From Mobula hypostoma (Eukaryota): a stretch of 64,000 bases of DNA. The DNA is taken from NCBI RefSeq assembly GCF_963921235.1, contig NC_086097.1:149670001-149734000 (forward strand). Direction: 5' to 3'. The notes under the pieces are model-generated. The model did not search any database. It was not told the DNA's origin and was given only the letters and a program-made list of their open reading frames with translations. A program made the position numbers and the translations under genes. Shown piece by piece: positions 13,079-24,147 of the stretch; the first letter of the stretch is position 1; the number at the start of each line of letters is the position of its first letter.

Positions 13079-13959
13079 CAACCCATGCCAGTCCTTCCAA
13101 ACGTCAGAACTTGGCACTAAGTGAAAGGCCTATTTACTGAATGATCTGTCCATTTTCTCACTAATCTAAAGATAATTCCAATGATTTGTGGAATAATTAT
13201 ACAATCAAATTCAAGGTCAAAGCTGACTTTATTATCAAAAGCGTAAGTACAGGTAAGCACAGGTGCAATGAGAAACTTACTTCCGGCAATATTAAAGGCA
13301 CATTAGAGCATCCAGTCACACTCCCTTTTTTCCATCCAACTTTTAAAAATTTCATTCCTTTCCTTCAACTAATTTACATTCTTTTATATCAGTCTTTAAA
13401 TGCAATACAAAAAGAAAGCATCAGGAAAACCCAGCAAGCCAAAGAGCATCTATAGAGCTAGGAAGAAAGTCAAAGCCTCAGTCTGCTGAACTTCGAGTTA
13501 TTTTGTTGTACTCAGTTTCATTTATGTTTTTCATAATGTCTTAAATGTCAGTGCTCTTGTAGCCCCAAAAGGGAACTCTGTTCCAAAGGACTGCAAGCTG
13601 GGTGATCTGGTCTGCAATATCATTGCCTCCTCTCCGAAACTGTGGTTTTCATGGGAAGACCAGACTTGCCCTATAATCTCATCCTATCCAGCAACTCTGT
13701 TATTCTCAATTATAATTAAATGTGAATCTTCCCAGTAGCTTTACTGCTTTATCTCCATAGAATTCTTCTATGGAGAATACTGAATAATTTGAAAAAACTG
13801 TAGCCAATTAATTACAAGGCAAGATTTTAATAAATTCTAATCAAAAGTTTCTCTATGTTGAATGGCATCATGCATATATTTTTTAGATATATTTTTACAA
13901 CTTTTTTGTTCTGTTTACCAATATGTTTGGAAAGCACGTGTTCTTTCTACTTGGGGAAG

Positions 13960-14335
13960 CTTACTGCTCATCTTGTTTTTCCCATTTCCACTTGAGGGGT
14001 AGCTCTAGCCCACATGTTGCGCCCGTTGCCTAACAACAGCTCCAAGTATATTATACTCCATTCGAAAAGTCTCCTCAATTAGCTTCTTTGTCAATTTGGC
14101 ACACTGTAAATGTTGGCTTTTAGATCCTGTGGAGAAACATGTGTATCGCTTATTAACAAAGCTGAGACATTAGACTTGCTCATTACAAGAAGGCTTTGAT
14201 GCTTTATAAATTAAGATACACAGATGCTTGCTCAGCAAGGTGCCGATAAACTCCTTCCTGCCAGAGACAACCCTAAGCAATATATTATGTTCTGGTGAGC
14301 TGGCAGTAAGTAGTAAATTTGGAACAGGGAAGTTT
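13960..14335 (-). promoter_or_regulatory. Candidate antisense promoter and non-coding first exon (possibly nested SLA)
   Basis: In minus-strand order: ETS-like sites (14327-33, 14254-60), GATA (14245-50), TATAAA (14208-14203), then donor CA|gtaagc at 13965/13964, all in repeat-free DNA. Motif-level evidence only. Confidence 0.3.
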
Positions 14336-17300
14336 TAAATAGTCTCTTATCATACAATAAATCAAGATAGTGGTCATGGAAAGAATGCAATGTTGATATT
14401 GTGCCTTTGGCATTCTAAAGTTATGTAACAAGCTATTTTCCCATGTTTTCAAGAAAACATGCCAAGTAAGGACCTTGCCCTATCTGGAGACAAATCAACA
14501 TGGGATTTTTCTTACTTATCCTCTTTCAATTGGCCTAGTAGTGTTAGTGACAGTTTTAGAAGTAGCTTATACAAGAATTTTCTTAAGTAACGGAAGGCAT
14601 CTAATTAGAAACAGGATGTGAAACTTATTACATAAATGGGAAGATGATGCATTACGTTCATGCTCTTTCTTTAATTGATATATAATTTTAATTTTAATTG
14701 ATACATAACACATGAAAAAGACCATAAGCCAGTGGAGCAGAATTAGGTCATTCGGCCTATCATGTCTGCTCTGCCATTTGATCATGACTGACCCACATTC
14801 CTCTGAATCCTATTCTCCTGCCTTCTCCCCATATCCTTTCACACTCTGACTTATCAAGAATCTCTCAACTTCCACCTTAAATACAATCAATCACCTGGCC
14901 TCTGGAGCTGCCTCTGGCAATGAATTCCACAGATTCACAACCCCCCGATATAAAAAAAATAATTCCTTATCTCTGTTCTAAATAGACATCCCTCTATTCT
15001 GTTGTGCCCTCTAATCCTAGATGCCCCAGTACAGGAAACATCTTCTCAGCATGCACTCTATCTGGGCCTTTCAACATTCGATAGGTTTAATAAGATCTCC
15101 TCTATTATTCTAAATTCCAGTGGGTATAGGCACAGAGCCATCAAACGCTCCTCATATCATTCAATCCCAGCATCATTTTCGTGTACCTGCTTTGAACCCT
15201 CTCTGATGTCTCCAACCCTCTCTACTTCTTTATCACATCCTTTCTCAGATAAGGTGCCCAAAACTGCTCACAGTACTCTAAGTGCAGCCTCACCAGTGCC
15301 TCATAAAGCCTTACATCCTTGCTTTTATATTCTAGTCCTCAGGCATTTGCCTCCTTCAGCACCAACTCAACCTGCAAGTTAACCTTTAGGGAAACCTGCA
15401 CAAGGACACTCAAGTCCCTTTGCACCTCAGATTTTTGAATTTTCTCCCCGTTTAGAAAATAGTTTATGCTTTTATTCCTTCCACCAAAGTGCATTACCGT
15501 ACACTTCCTTTCACTGTATTCCATCTGTCTCTTTTTTGTCCATTCTTCCGATCTGCCTCAGTCCTTTTGCAGCCATCCTGCTTCCTCAGCATTACCTGCT
15601 TTTCCATTTATCTTCACAGTATCTGCAAACTTGGCCACAAAGTCATCAATTCCATCATGCAAATTATTGACATGTAATGTAAAAAGTATCGGTCCCAGCA
15701 CCGATCCCTACGGAAAACTGCAGCCAATCAGAAAAGGCTCTCTTTATTTCCACTCTGCATCCTGCCAATCAGCCACTGCTTTATCCATGCTGGTATCTTT
15801 CCTGTAATGCCATGGGCTCTTAACTTGTTACACCCTTTCAAAGGCCTTTTGAAAATCCAATTACACAACATCAACTGATTTTCCTTTGTCTGTCCCACTT
15901 GTTCATTCAAAGAATTCCAACAGATTTATCAGACAAGGTTTTCCCTAGAGAAAACTATGTTGACTTTGGCCTATTTTTATCATGTGCTTTCAAGTACCCT
16001 GAGATCTCATCCTTGAGAATCGACTCCAACATCTTCCGAACCACTGAGGTCAGACTAACTGGCCTATAGTTTAATTTCATTTGCCTCTCCCTTGAAGAGT
16101 GGAGTGACATTTGTAATTTTCCAGTCCTCTGGAATCATGCCAGAATCCAGTGATTCTTGAAAGATCATTACTAATACATCTACAAGCTCTTTCAGAACCC
16201 TAAGGCATAGTCCATCTGGTCCAGGTGACTTAACTACCTTCAGACCTTTCAGCTTCCCAAGCACCTACACTAACTACTGTCCCCTGACACTCTACAACTT
16301 CTGGCATACTGCTAGTGTCTCCCACAGTGAAGACTGTAGCAAAATACTTATTCAGTTCACCCACCATTTCCTTCCATCTTGTAGGCATTCTACAAATTCT
16401 CTCTCTTGTGATCCACAATTAGCACCAACCTGCTTTTCCCAATCTATCTGCATTTTGAAATACCCTATTACCATGGTAACATTGCCCTTTTGACATACAT
16501 TTTCTATCTACTGCTGTAATATGTTTCTCACTTCCTTGCTACTGTTCTGAGGCCTGTACATAACCCCTATCATCATCTTTATACCCTTGCAATTACTTAG
16601 CTCTACCCACAATGACTCTACATCTTCTGATCCTATATCACCTTTTAATAAGGGTTTGATTTCATTTTTTAGCAACAGAACCATGCCCACCCCTTCTGCC
16701 TACGTGTCTGTCCTTTCAATACAACATGTATCATTGAACGTTAAAATCTTCTTTCAGTCATGATTCAGTGATGCTCACTTCATATCTGCCAATCTCAAAC
16801 TGCATTACAAGGTCACCTACCTTATTCAGTATACTTTGTGCATTCAAACGTAACCCCTTCAGTCATGTATTCATCATACTTTTCCATTTTGTCCCCGTTA
16901 CACTCCAACTCATCCCACGGCAATCTTGCCCTATCATCAGCCTGTCCCTCCTGACAGTCTCAATACACAGTGCCTCTGCTTGTATACCTACTGCCCCATC
17001 CTAAACCCTATCACTCAGTTTCCCATCCCCTGCAGAATTAGTTTAAAGCCTCTCCAGTAGTTCCAGCAAACCTGCCTGCAAGGGTAGAAGTCCCCCTTGT
17101 GTTCAGACATAACTTTTGTACTGGTTGTACCTTCCCCAGAGGAGATCCCAATGATCCAGCATCTGAAACCCCACCCCCAGCACCAGTTCCTCAGCAACAC
17201 ATTCATCTGCAAAATCATCCTGTTCTTACTCTTAATGAGGGGTGGGGAGGTGGCACAGGCAGGAACCCAGAGTGTTCTGCCTTGGGGCTCTCGTTTAGAA

Positions 17301-17435
17301 CCTGGTGGCTTTTGTCATTGGTGCCAATGTGTACCAACACTTCTGGCTGCTCACTCTCTCCCCCTTTAGAATGCTGTGGACCTAATCCAAGACGTCCTTG
17401 ACCCTGACTTGGGAGGCAAAATACCATCTGGGTGT

Positions 17436-19510
17436 CCATAAGACCATAAGGTACAGGAGCAGAATTAGGCCATTTGGGCCATTGAGTCTGCTCCACCATT
17501 CCATCATGGCTGATCCCGGATCCCACTCAACCCCCATACACCTGCCTTCTTGCCATATCCTTTGATGACCCGACCGATCAGAAATCTATCAACTTCCACT
17601 TTAAATATACCCACGGACTTGGCCTTAACCACATTCCCCAGATTCACCACTCTTTGGCTAAAAAAAATCCTCCTTACTTCTAAGTTGCTGTGTTCACCAG
17701 CAGCTTTGATGTTAGTTGCTTGAATTTCCAGCATCTGCAGAATTCCTCGTGTTTGCATCCTCCTTACTTCTGTTCTAAATGGTCGTCCCTCAATTTTGAG
17801 GTTGTGCCCTCTAGTTCTGGATACCCCCCACCATAAGAAACATCCTCTCTGCATCCACCTTATAGAACCCTTTCAACATTTGGTAGGTTTCAATGAGCTC
17901 CCCTGTTTCCAGTGAGTACAGGCCCAAAGCTGCAAAACGCTCTTCATATGTTAACCCCTTCATTCCCAGAATCAGCCTTGTGAACCTCCTCTGGACTCTT
18001 TCCAATGACAACATTCTGAGATATAGGGCCCAAAACTGTTGACAATTCTCTAAGTGCGATCTTATTAGTATCTTATAAAATCTCGGCATTATTTCCTTGC
18101 CTTTATGTTCCTTTGCAGTTGAAATAAATTCCAACATTATATTTGCCACCTTTACCACAGACTCAACCTGTAAATTAACCTTCGGGAGTCTTGCATAAGA
18201 ATTCCCAAGTCCCTCTGCACCTCTGATGTTTGAAACTTCTCCCCATCCAGATAATACTCAGCACTATTGTTCCTTTTACCAAAATTCATCATCATACATT
18301 TCCCAACACCGTATTCTATCTGCCACTGTTTTGCCCATTCTTCCAATTTGTCTAAGTCCTGCTGCAATCACATTGCTTCCTCAGCACTACCTCCACCTAT
18401 CTTCGTGTCATCTGCAAACTTTGCTACAAAGCCATCAATACCATTATCCAAATAATTGACAATGTGAAAAGTAGCGGTCTCGATACTGACCCCCGAGGAA
18501 CACCACTAGTCACTGGCAGCCAACCAGAAAAGGCCCCCTTTATTCACATTCACTGCCTGTCGGCCAATCCTCTATCCAGGCCAGTATTTCTCCTGTAATG
18601 CCAAAGGATTTTATATTATTTAACAGCTTCATGCGTGGCACCTTATCAAATGCCTTCTGAAAATCCAAGTAAATGACATCCATTGCTTCTCCTTTATCCA
18701 CCCTGCATGTTACTTCCTTAAAGAACTCTAACAGATTTGTCAGGCAAGATTTCCCTTCACAGTAACCATGCTGAGTTTGACTTATTTTATCATTAGTCTC
18801 CAAGTACTCCAAAACCTCATCCGTAATAATAGACTCTAACACTTTCCCAACCACTGAGGTTAGGCTAACTGGCCTATAATTTCCTTTCTTTTGCATTCCT
18901 CCTTTCTTAAAGAGTGGAGTGACATTTGCAATCTTCCAGTCCTCCAGAACCATGTCTGAATCAAGTATTTCTTGAAATATTATGACCAATGCATCCATTA
19001 TCTCTTCAGCAACCTCTCTCAGGACTCTGGGGTGTAGTCCATCTGGTCCAGGTGTCTTATCCACCTTAAGATCTTTGAATTTGCCTGGCACTTTTCCCTT
19101 TGTAATAGCAATGGCATTCACTCCTTCTCCCTGACACTCATGGACCTCTGGCACACTTCTAAGTGTCTTCCACAGTGAAGTCTGATGCAAAGTACCCATT
19201 AAGTTTATCTTCCATTTCTTTGTCCCCATTACTACCTCACCAGCATCATTTTCCAGTGGTCCAATATCAACTCTCACCTCCTTCTTTCTCTTTTAGTATT
19301 TTGCTTTACATTATTGGCTAGTTTGCCCTCATATTTCATCATTTCCCTTCTTATAGCTTTTTGAGTTGCCTTTTGTTGGATTTTAAAATCTTTCCAACCA
19401 TCCAACTTCCCATTCACTTTTGCTACCTTATATGCCCTTTCCTTGGCTTTTATGCAGTCCTTAACCTCCCTTTGTCAGCCATAGTTGTCTACCCTGCCAT
19501 TTGAGAACTT
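17436..19510 (-). mobile_element. 5'-truncated CR1 LINE nested in ORF1 of the previous CR1
   Basis: ccataagaccataag tail at 17436. The 245-aa ORF 18540-19277 contains KTPGPDGLHPRVL, NYRPVSLTSVVGK and YLDFQKAFDKVP. Confidence 0.92.
17682..17756 (+). mobile_element. 5'-truncated pLTR-derived short retroelement
   Basis: Matches the 3' half of 23988-24147. Exact 15-bp TSD atcctccttacttct at 17667-17681 and 17757-17771. Confidence 0.9.
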
Positions 19511-20167
19511 ATCACATCCACAGAATCTCGTGTCTATTCCTCTGACATTGGACTCCACTAACACTGCTGCAATCCTCTTCTTTCCCCCTTCCCTTCTGAG
19601 CCACAGCACCAGACACTGCTAGAGACCTGATCACTATGGTTTATCTCTAGTAGCTTGCCCCCCCAAAACACTTTTCAAAATTGTATAATTATTACTGAGG
19701 GATATAGCCACAGGGGAGTCTACACTGGTTGCCTATTTTCTTTCCCTCTCCTGACAGTCACCCAAGTACATGCCCCCTGCAAATTGAGGCTGACTGCCTC
19801 CCAGTATCACCACCTTAGTTTCCTGTGCGAGCCAAAGGTCATCGAGCTGCATCTCTAGTTCCTTAACATGTTCTTTGAGGATCTGCAACTTGATGCACCT
19901 GGTGCAGATGTGGATACCTAGGAGGATGGAGGTCTCCCAGAATTCCCACATCGCACACAAAGAACACAACACAGCCTGTGGAGCCATCCTCGCTGCACTA
20001 ACCATGTAATAACTATAAAAAGAGATGAAGGAAGAAAAGAAACCTATCTGATACCTCGCCAAAGACTGAAGAGCCAAAGCTCCCCACTGCGATACTGGCC
20101 CACTGACACAATGGCCGCTCCATTTTTCCCTGCCTTATTATTATTTTCCCTTGTTAATGAATCACAG

Positions 20168-20413
20168 TTTGATTGGGCTGCCAGAAAATGGTGAAAGGCC
20201 ACCAGCGCTTCTTTTTAAGTCTCTCTCACTGACCTGTGAGCTGCCTCCTTTCTTTCTCCCAATTTGACTGGGCTGCTGGAAAAATGCTGAAAGCCCACGT
20301 GCTTCTTTTTAAATCTTACTCACAGAACTGCGAGTTGCCTCCTCTCTTGCTCCCAATTCGATTGGGCTGCTGGAAAAATGCTGAAAGACAGCAAACGCTC
20401 CTTTTTAAATCTC
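20168..20413 (-). repeat. About 95-bp tandem repeat (about 2.6 copies) in the CR1 5'UTR
   Basis: ga(t/c)tgggctg at 20171, 20266 and 20360, each followed by aaaatg.tgaaag...ctttttaa.tct. Confidence 0.85.
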
Positions 20414-21060
20414 ATTTAAAAAGAACATCAGCGCTTTGGATTCTGATGTTATTACTAGTAGCAATGTAAACTAACAAGGTTTTAAACACTTTTAGAAGAA
20501 TATTATCAAAAAGCAGGTGGTAATTTGAGAAAAATATTGAGAAGTTTGGTTAAAGTCCACTTGGAACATTAGGTACAGAATTCCCCAGGTAATGTTGGAC
20601 ATTTGAAGGAAGAAGCAGAGTTTATATTTCAGACTGTTAACTTTTCATCAGAGCTCAGATTTAAACACTTTGAGGTGAATGCCCATTTCTTCCTGTAAGT
20701 TCAATGACCACTATGTCCATCATTCTCCTTTGCAACAGAATGAAGCAGAACCAGATAGTACACCGCTTCATATATTCTTTGTTGCCAAGGCTTGTGTATT
20801 GGTTGCCTTGTCACAGTTCACCTATTTTTGCCTTACCCATGCTTAAGGTATTTTTGGCTTGAGTATTTTTGACTTGATGATTACAATCTTTTCCTGGTTT
20901 TTCTCTCTTCTTCCTTCCTACATAATGTTTTTCTCAATCGGCATTTTGCTTCCTGTGTTTTACCCTTCACAGCAAGTCTTGTTCAGCTGACACCCTGTGC
21001 AGACTGGATTTTACAAAACTCAATTTGAAAATGCTTATTCTTGTTCTCAATCCCTCTATC

Positions 21061-21138
21061 CAAGGGGTTCCCAACTTTTATGCCAGGAACCCTTACCATC
21101 AACCAGGGGTTCTGTGGACCCTTGGATGGGAAACCCTC
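21061..21138. mobile_element. hAT mini-MITE (about 78 bp)
   Basis: Imperfect TIRs aggggttcccaac / gatgggaaaccct with decayed NTCTA-type flanks. Related to 39981-40050. Confidence 0.7.
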
Positions 21139-23485
21139 TTCTACACCCTCATTCCTCCTGATCTCTGTATCATCCTTCAGCCACATAAACCTTGGAATTG
21201 CCATGTTTCTTTGGCATTTTGCAAACTCTTGATTAATTTGCTACTCCTTTCCAACAATGCTTTCAGCTGACTTGGTCCCAAGCTCTGGGATTCACCCTTT
21301 GGTTCCATTTTCCTTACACCTTTAGGATAATCGTTAATATTTTCCTCTTTGACTAAGGTTAGTGGATATTTATTTCTGTGATATTGTATCAGAATAAAAA
21401 AATTACCATACTTGTGCTTCAGGAAAGTTTATTAAATATATATAGCTGAAAACTATTGTTGATGGAGTCAGATAGGTCAAGCACAGCTAATAATTAACAA
21501 AACACAAAAGCCTCTGTCTTGCCATTGCTAGTTTATGGAACAGATTTATTCGGGAATAATGTGGGTGATTGGCTTAATGAAAAGAAAATGCTTTTCAATT
21601 TCAAGCTCCCTGAAAAGTTGCTAAAAGTCGTGCTGCTGAATTTAGTGGGCACACAGTGTACATATCACAGAATAGGCTTTATGAATGAAATTTATTTCGG
21701 TCAGTACAAACATAACAAAAAGCATTTTCAATGATAATTTCATAACGATTATTTCATAGGACAAAATTACAACAAAAAAAATAGATATTCTTTAAAAGAG
21801 TGTAGGCTGAAGCTACAGCTTATTATGCCTACACCTCTTACTTACACAACAACATATTTGGCATCAATCATCACATCAAAATAAAAAAATTTCATAATCT
21901 TTTAATAAAATCTAATTCCAAGTATCATTTATTTACATTACTCCCATTCATTTTAAATCATGTATTTTATATTTGTTCACTATTTTTAAATAATTTTTTT
22001 AACTTGTTAAGTGTGGTGCATCTTCTTAAATTCTCACTACAACTGTTCCATAGATTCACCCCTCTGACTGAAATACAATAATTTTTACATTTGTTCTTAT
22101 CCTTTGTTTCTGAAATATACATGTTCCTCTTAAATCATGTTTACTTTCTCTCATTTTAAACAACCTTTGGATACTTTGTGGTAGTTGTCCATTTTTTTAC
22201 TTTATACATTATTTGTATCATTTTAAAATCTATGAAATTTCTGAATTTTAAAGTGTTTAGTTGAATAAATAGTAGATTGGTTGGCTCATAATAACTTGTC
22301 TTATTTACAATTCGTATGACTTTCTTTTGGAGTAGAAAAATTGAGTTTGTATTTGTTTTGTATGCATTTCCCCATACCTCTACACAGTGAGTCATATATG
22401 GGACTATAAGTGAACAGTATAATGTATACAAAGATTCCTGATTTAAGAAATCTTGTGCTTTGTGCAGTATTGCAATACATTTTGACATTTTTGCTTTGAC
22501 ATAATTTATATGTGGTTTCCAGCTTAATTTATTATCTATTACCACTCCTAAAGAATTTTGTTTCAAATATCTTATCAATTTCAACATATTTATTCTAAGT
22601 TTACTATGAGTTTGATACACGGTTTCCAAATATTATGAATTTAGTTTTACTTAGGTTCAGTGATAATTTGTTAGTATCAAACCATTTCTTTATAATTTTT
22701 AGTTCTTTCTCCACTGTATCCAAAAATTGTTTCAGATGTTCCCAACCACAAAATATAGTTGTATCATCAGCATATAATATACATTCTAATGTCTGAGAGA
22801 CTATACATATATCGTTTATGTACAAAATGAACAGCAATGGACCAAGCACTGAACCTTGTGGAACCCCACAAGTTTCCCTCAAAAGTTTTGAATTAGAGTT
22901 ATTCATATGTACATACTGATACCCGTCTTCCAAATAGCTACTTAACCAGTCACGTGCCACCCCTCTAATACCATATCTTTCTAATTTTGTTAATAATAAT
23001 TTATGATCAATGGTGTCAAATATTTTTTTTAGATCAAGGAATATTCCCACTATGTATACATTTCTTTCCATAGCGTTTGATATTTCTTCTACAAAATCTA
23101 TTAATGCTATTGTAATGGTTCTGTTTTTTTCTGAACCATATTGCCGTTCACAGAGTATATTATGTTTTGTTATGAAATCATTAAACCTTCGCACAAATAT
23201 TTTTTCCAATATTTTGGAAAACTGAGAACAAGGAAACTGGTCTATAATTTGAAAATACATGTCTATCTCTAGCTTTGTATATTGGAATGACCTTGGCTAT
23301 TTTCATTTTATTGGGAAATTTTCCAAAAATCAAAGACTGATTGCAAAGATGAGTCAGTGGTTTCACAACACAGTCAATGATGCTTATAATTAAATACATA
23401 TCATATCCATTCCAATGTTGATTTCTTGCTCTTTGATTTATATACCTAGTGTAAACATAGTGTAAGTGCTTATATTGATAATACT

Positions 23486-23858
23486 ATTTAGACAATAGGT
23501 GCAGGAGTAGGCCATTTAGCCCTTCGAGACAGCACCACCATTCACTGTGATCATGGCTGATCATCCACAATCAGTACCCTTTTCATGCCTTCTCCGCATA
23601 TCCCTTCCCTCCACTAACTTTAAGAGCTCTATCTAACACCTCCTTGAAAGAATCCAGAGAATTGGCCTCCATTGCCTTCTGAGGCAGAGCATTCCACAGA
23701 ACCACAACCCTCTGTGTGAAAAAGTTGTTCCTCAACTCCGTTCTAAATTGTCTACCCCTTATTCTAAACTGTGGCCTCTGGTTCTGGACTCCCCCAACAT
23801 CGGGAACAAGTTTCCTGCCTCTAGCGTGTCCAAACCCTTAGTAATCTTATATGTTTCA
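23486..23858 (-). mobile_element. CR1 3' fragment inserted in the AT-rich LINE
   Basis: agacaataggtgcaggagtaggccatt...; similar to 37015-37375. Confidence 0.88.
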
Positions 23859-23987
23859 TATCTTGTATATTTACTCCATCTTTATTGCTGTGCTCAGTAA
23901 TCAATTTAGCTAATTTAGTTCCCACATTAACAAAGAAATCATTAAAGCTATCTGCAACCAGATTAGTATCCTTTATTACCATATCAT

Positions 23988-24147
23988 CCCTTACTCACTC
24001 ACTCTTCCTTCAGTTAGTCCTGACGAAAGGTCTCGGCCTGAAACGTCGACTGCACCTCTTCCTACAGATGCTGCTTGGCCTGCTGCGTTCACCAGCAACT
24101 TTGATGTGTGTTGCTTGAATTTCCAGCATCTGCAGAATTCCTGTTGT
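23988..24147 (+). mobile_element. Short (160 bp) non-coding Penelope-pLTR-like retroelement carrying a hammerhead ribozyme
   Basis: Exact 12-bp TSD ttaccatatcat at 23976-23987 and 24148-24159. Contains the hammerhead core. Related copies occur elsewhere in the window. Confidence 0.9.
24015..24052 (+). ncRNA. Minimal type I hammerhead ribozyme motif
   Basis: Stem I tagtc; CTGACGA (24020-26); one extra A; stem II aggt-ctcg-gcct; GAAA (24040-43); CG; TC with predicted cleavage after 24047; stem I gactg. Confidence 0.8.

Larger units (their letters stand above)
14715..20415 (-). mobile_element. Near full-length, internally deleted CR1 LINE (5'UTR repeats, ORF1 zinc finger and esterase, ORF2), split by a second CR1
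   Basis: 3' tail near 14720; RT motif KSPGPDGL; APE motif VESLWVEL...IGVMYRP; ORF1 esterase PEVLVHIGTND; ORF1 CSLCAMWE...HICTRC at 19733-20077. ORF1 breaks at about 17435 and resumes at about 19511. Confidence 0.85.

Noticed and set aside
13968..14061. Minus-strand ATG GGA as the SLA myristoylated start
   Set aside because: It reads MGKTR-stop, and neighbouring ATGs also hit stops. No SH3/SH2 exon was seen in the window.
20168..20413. CRISPR-like array
   Set aside because: Contiguous tandem units with no unique spacers, in a eukaryotic LINE 5'UTR.
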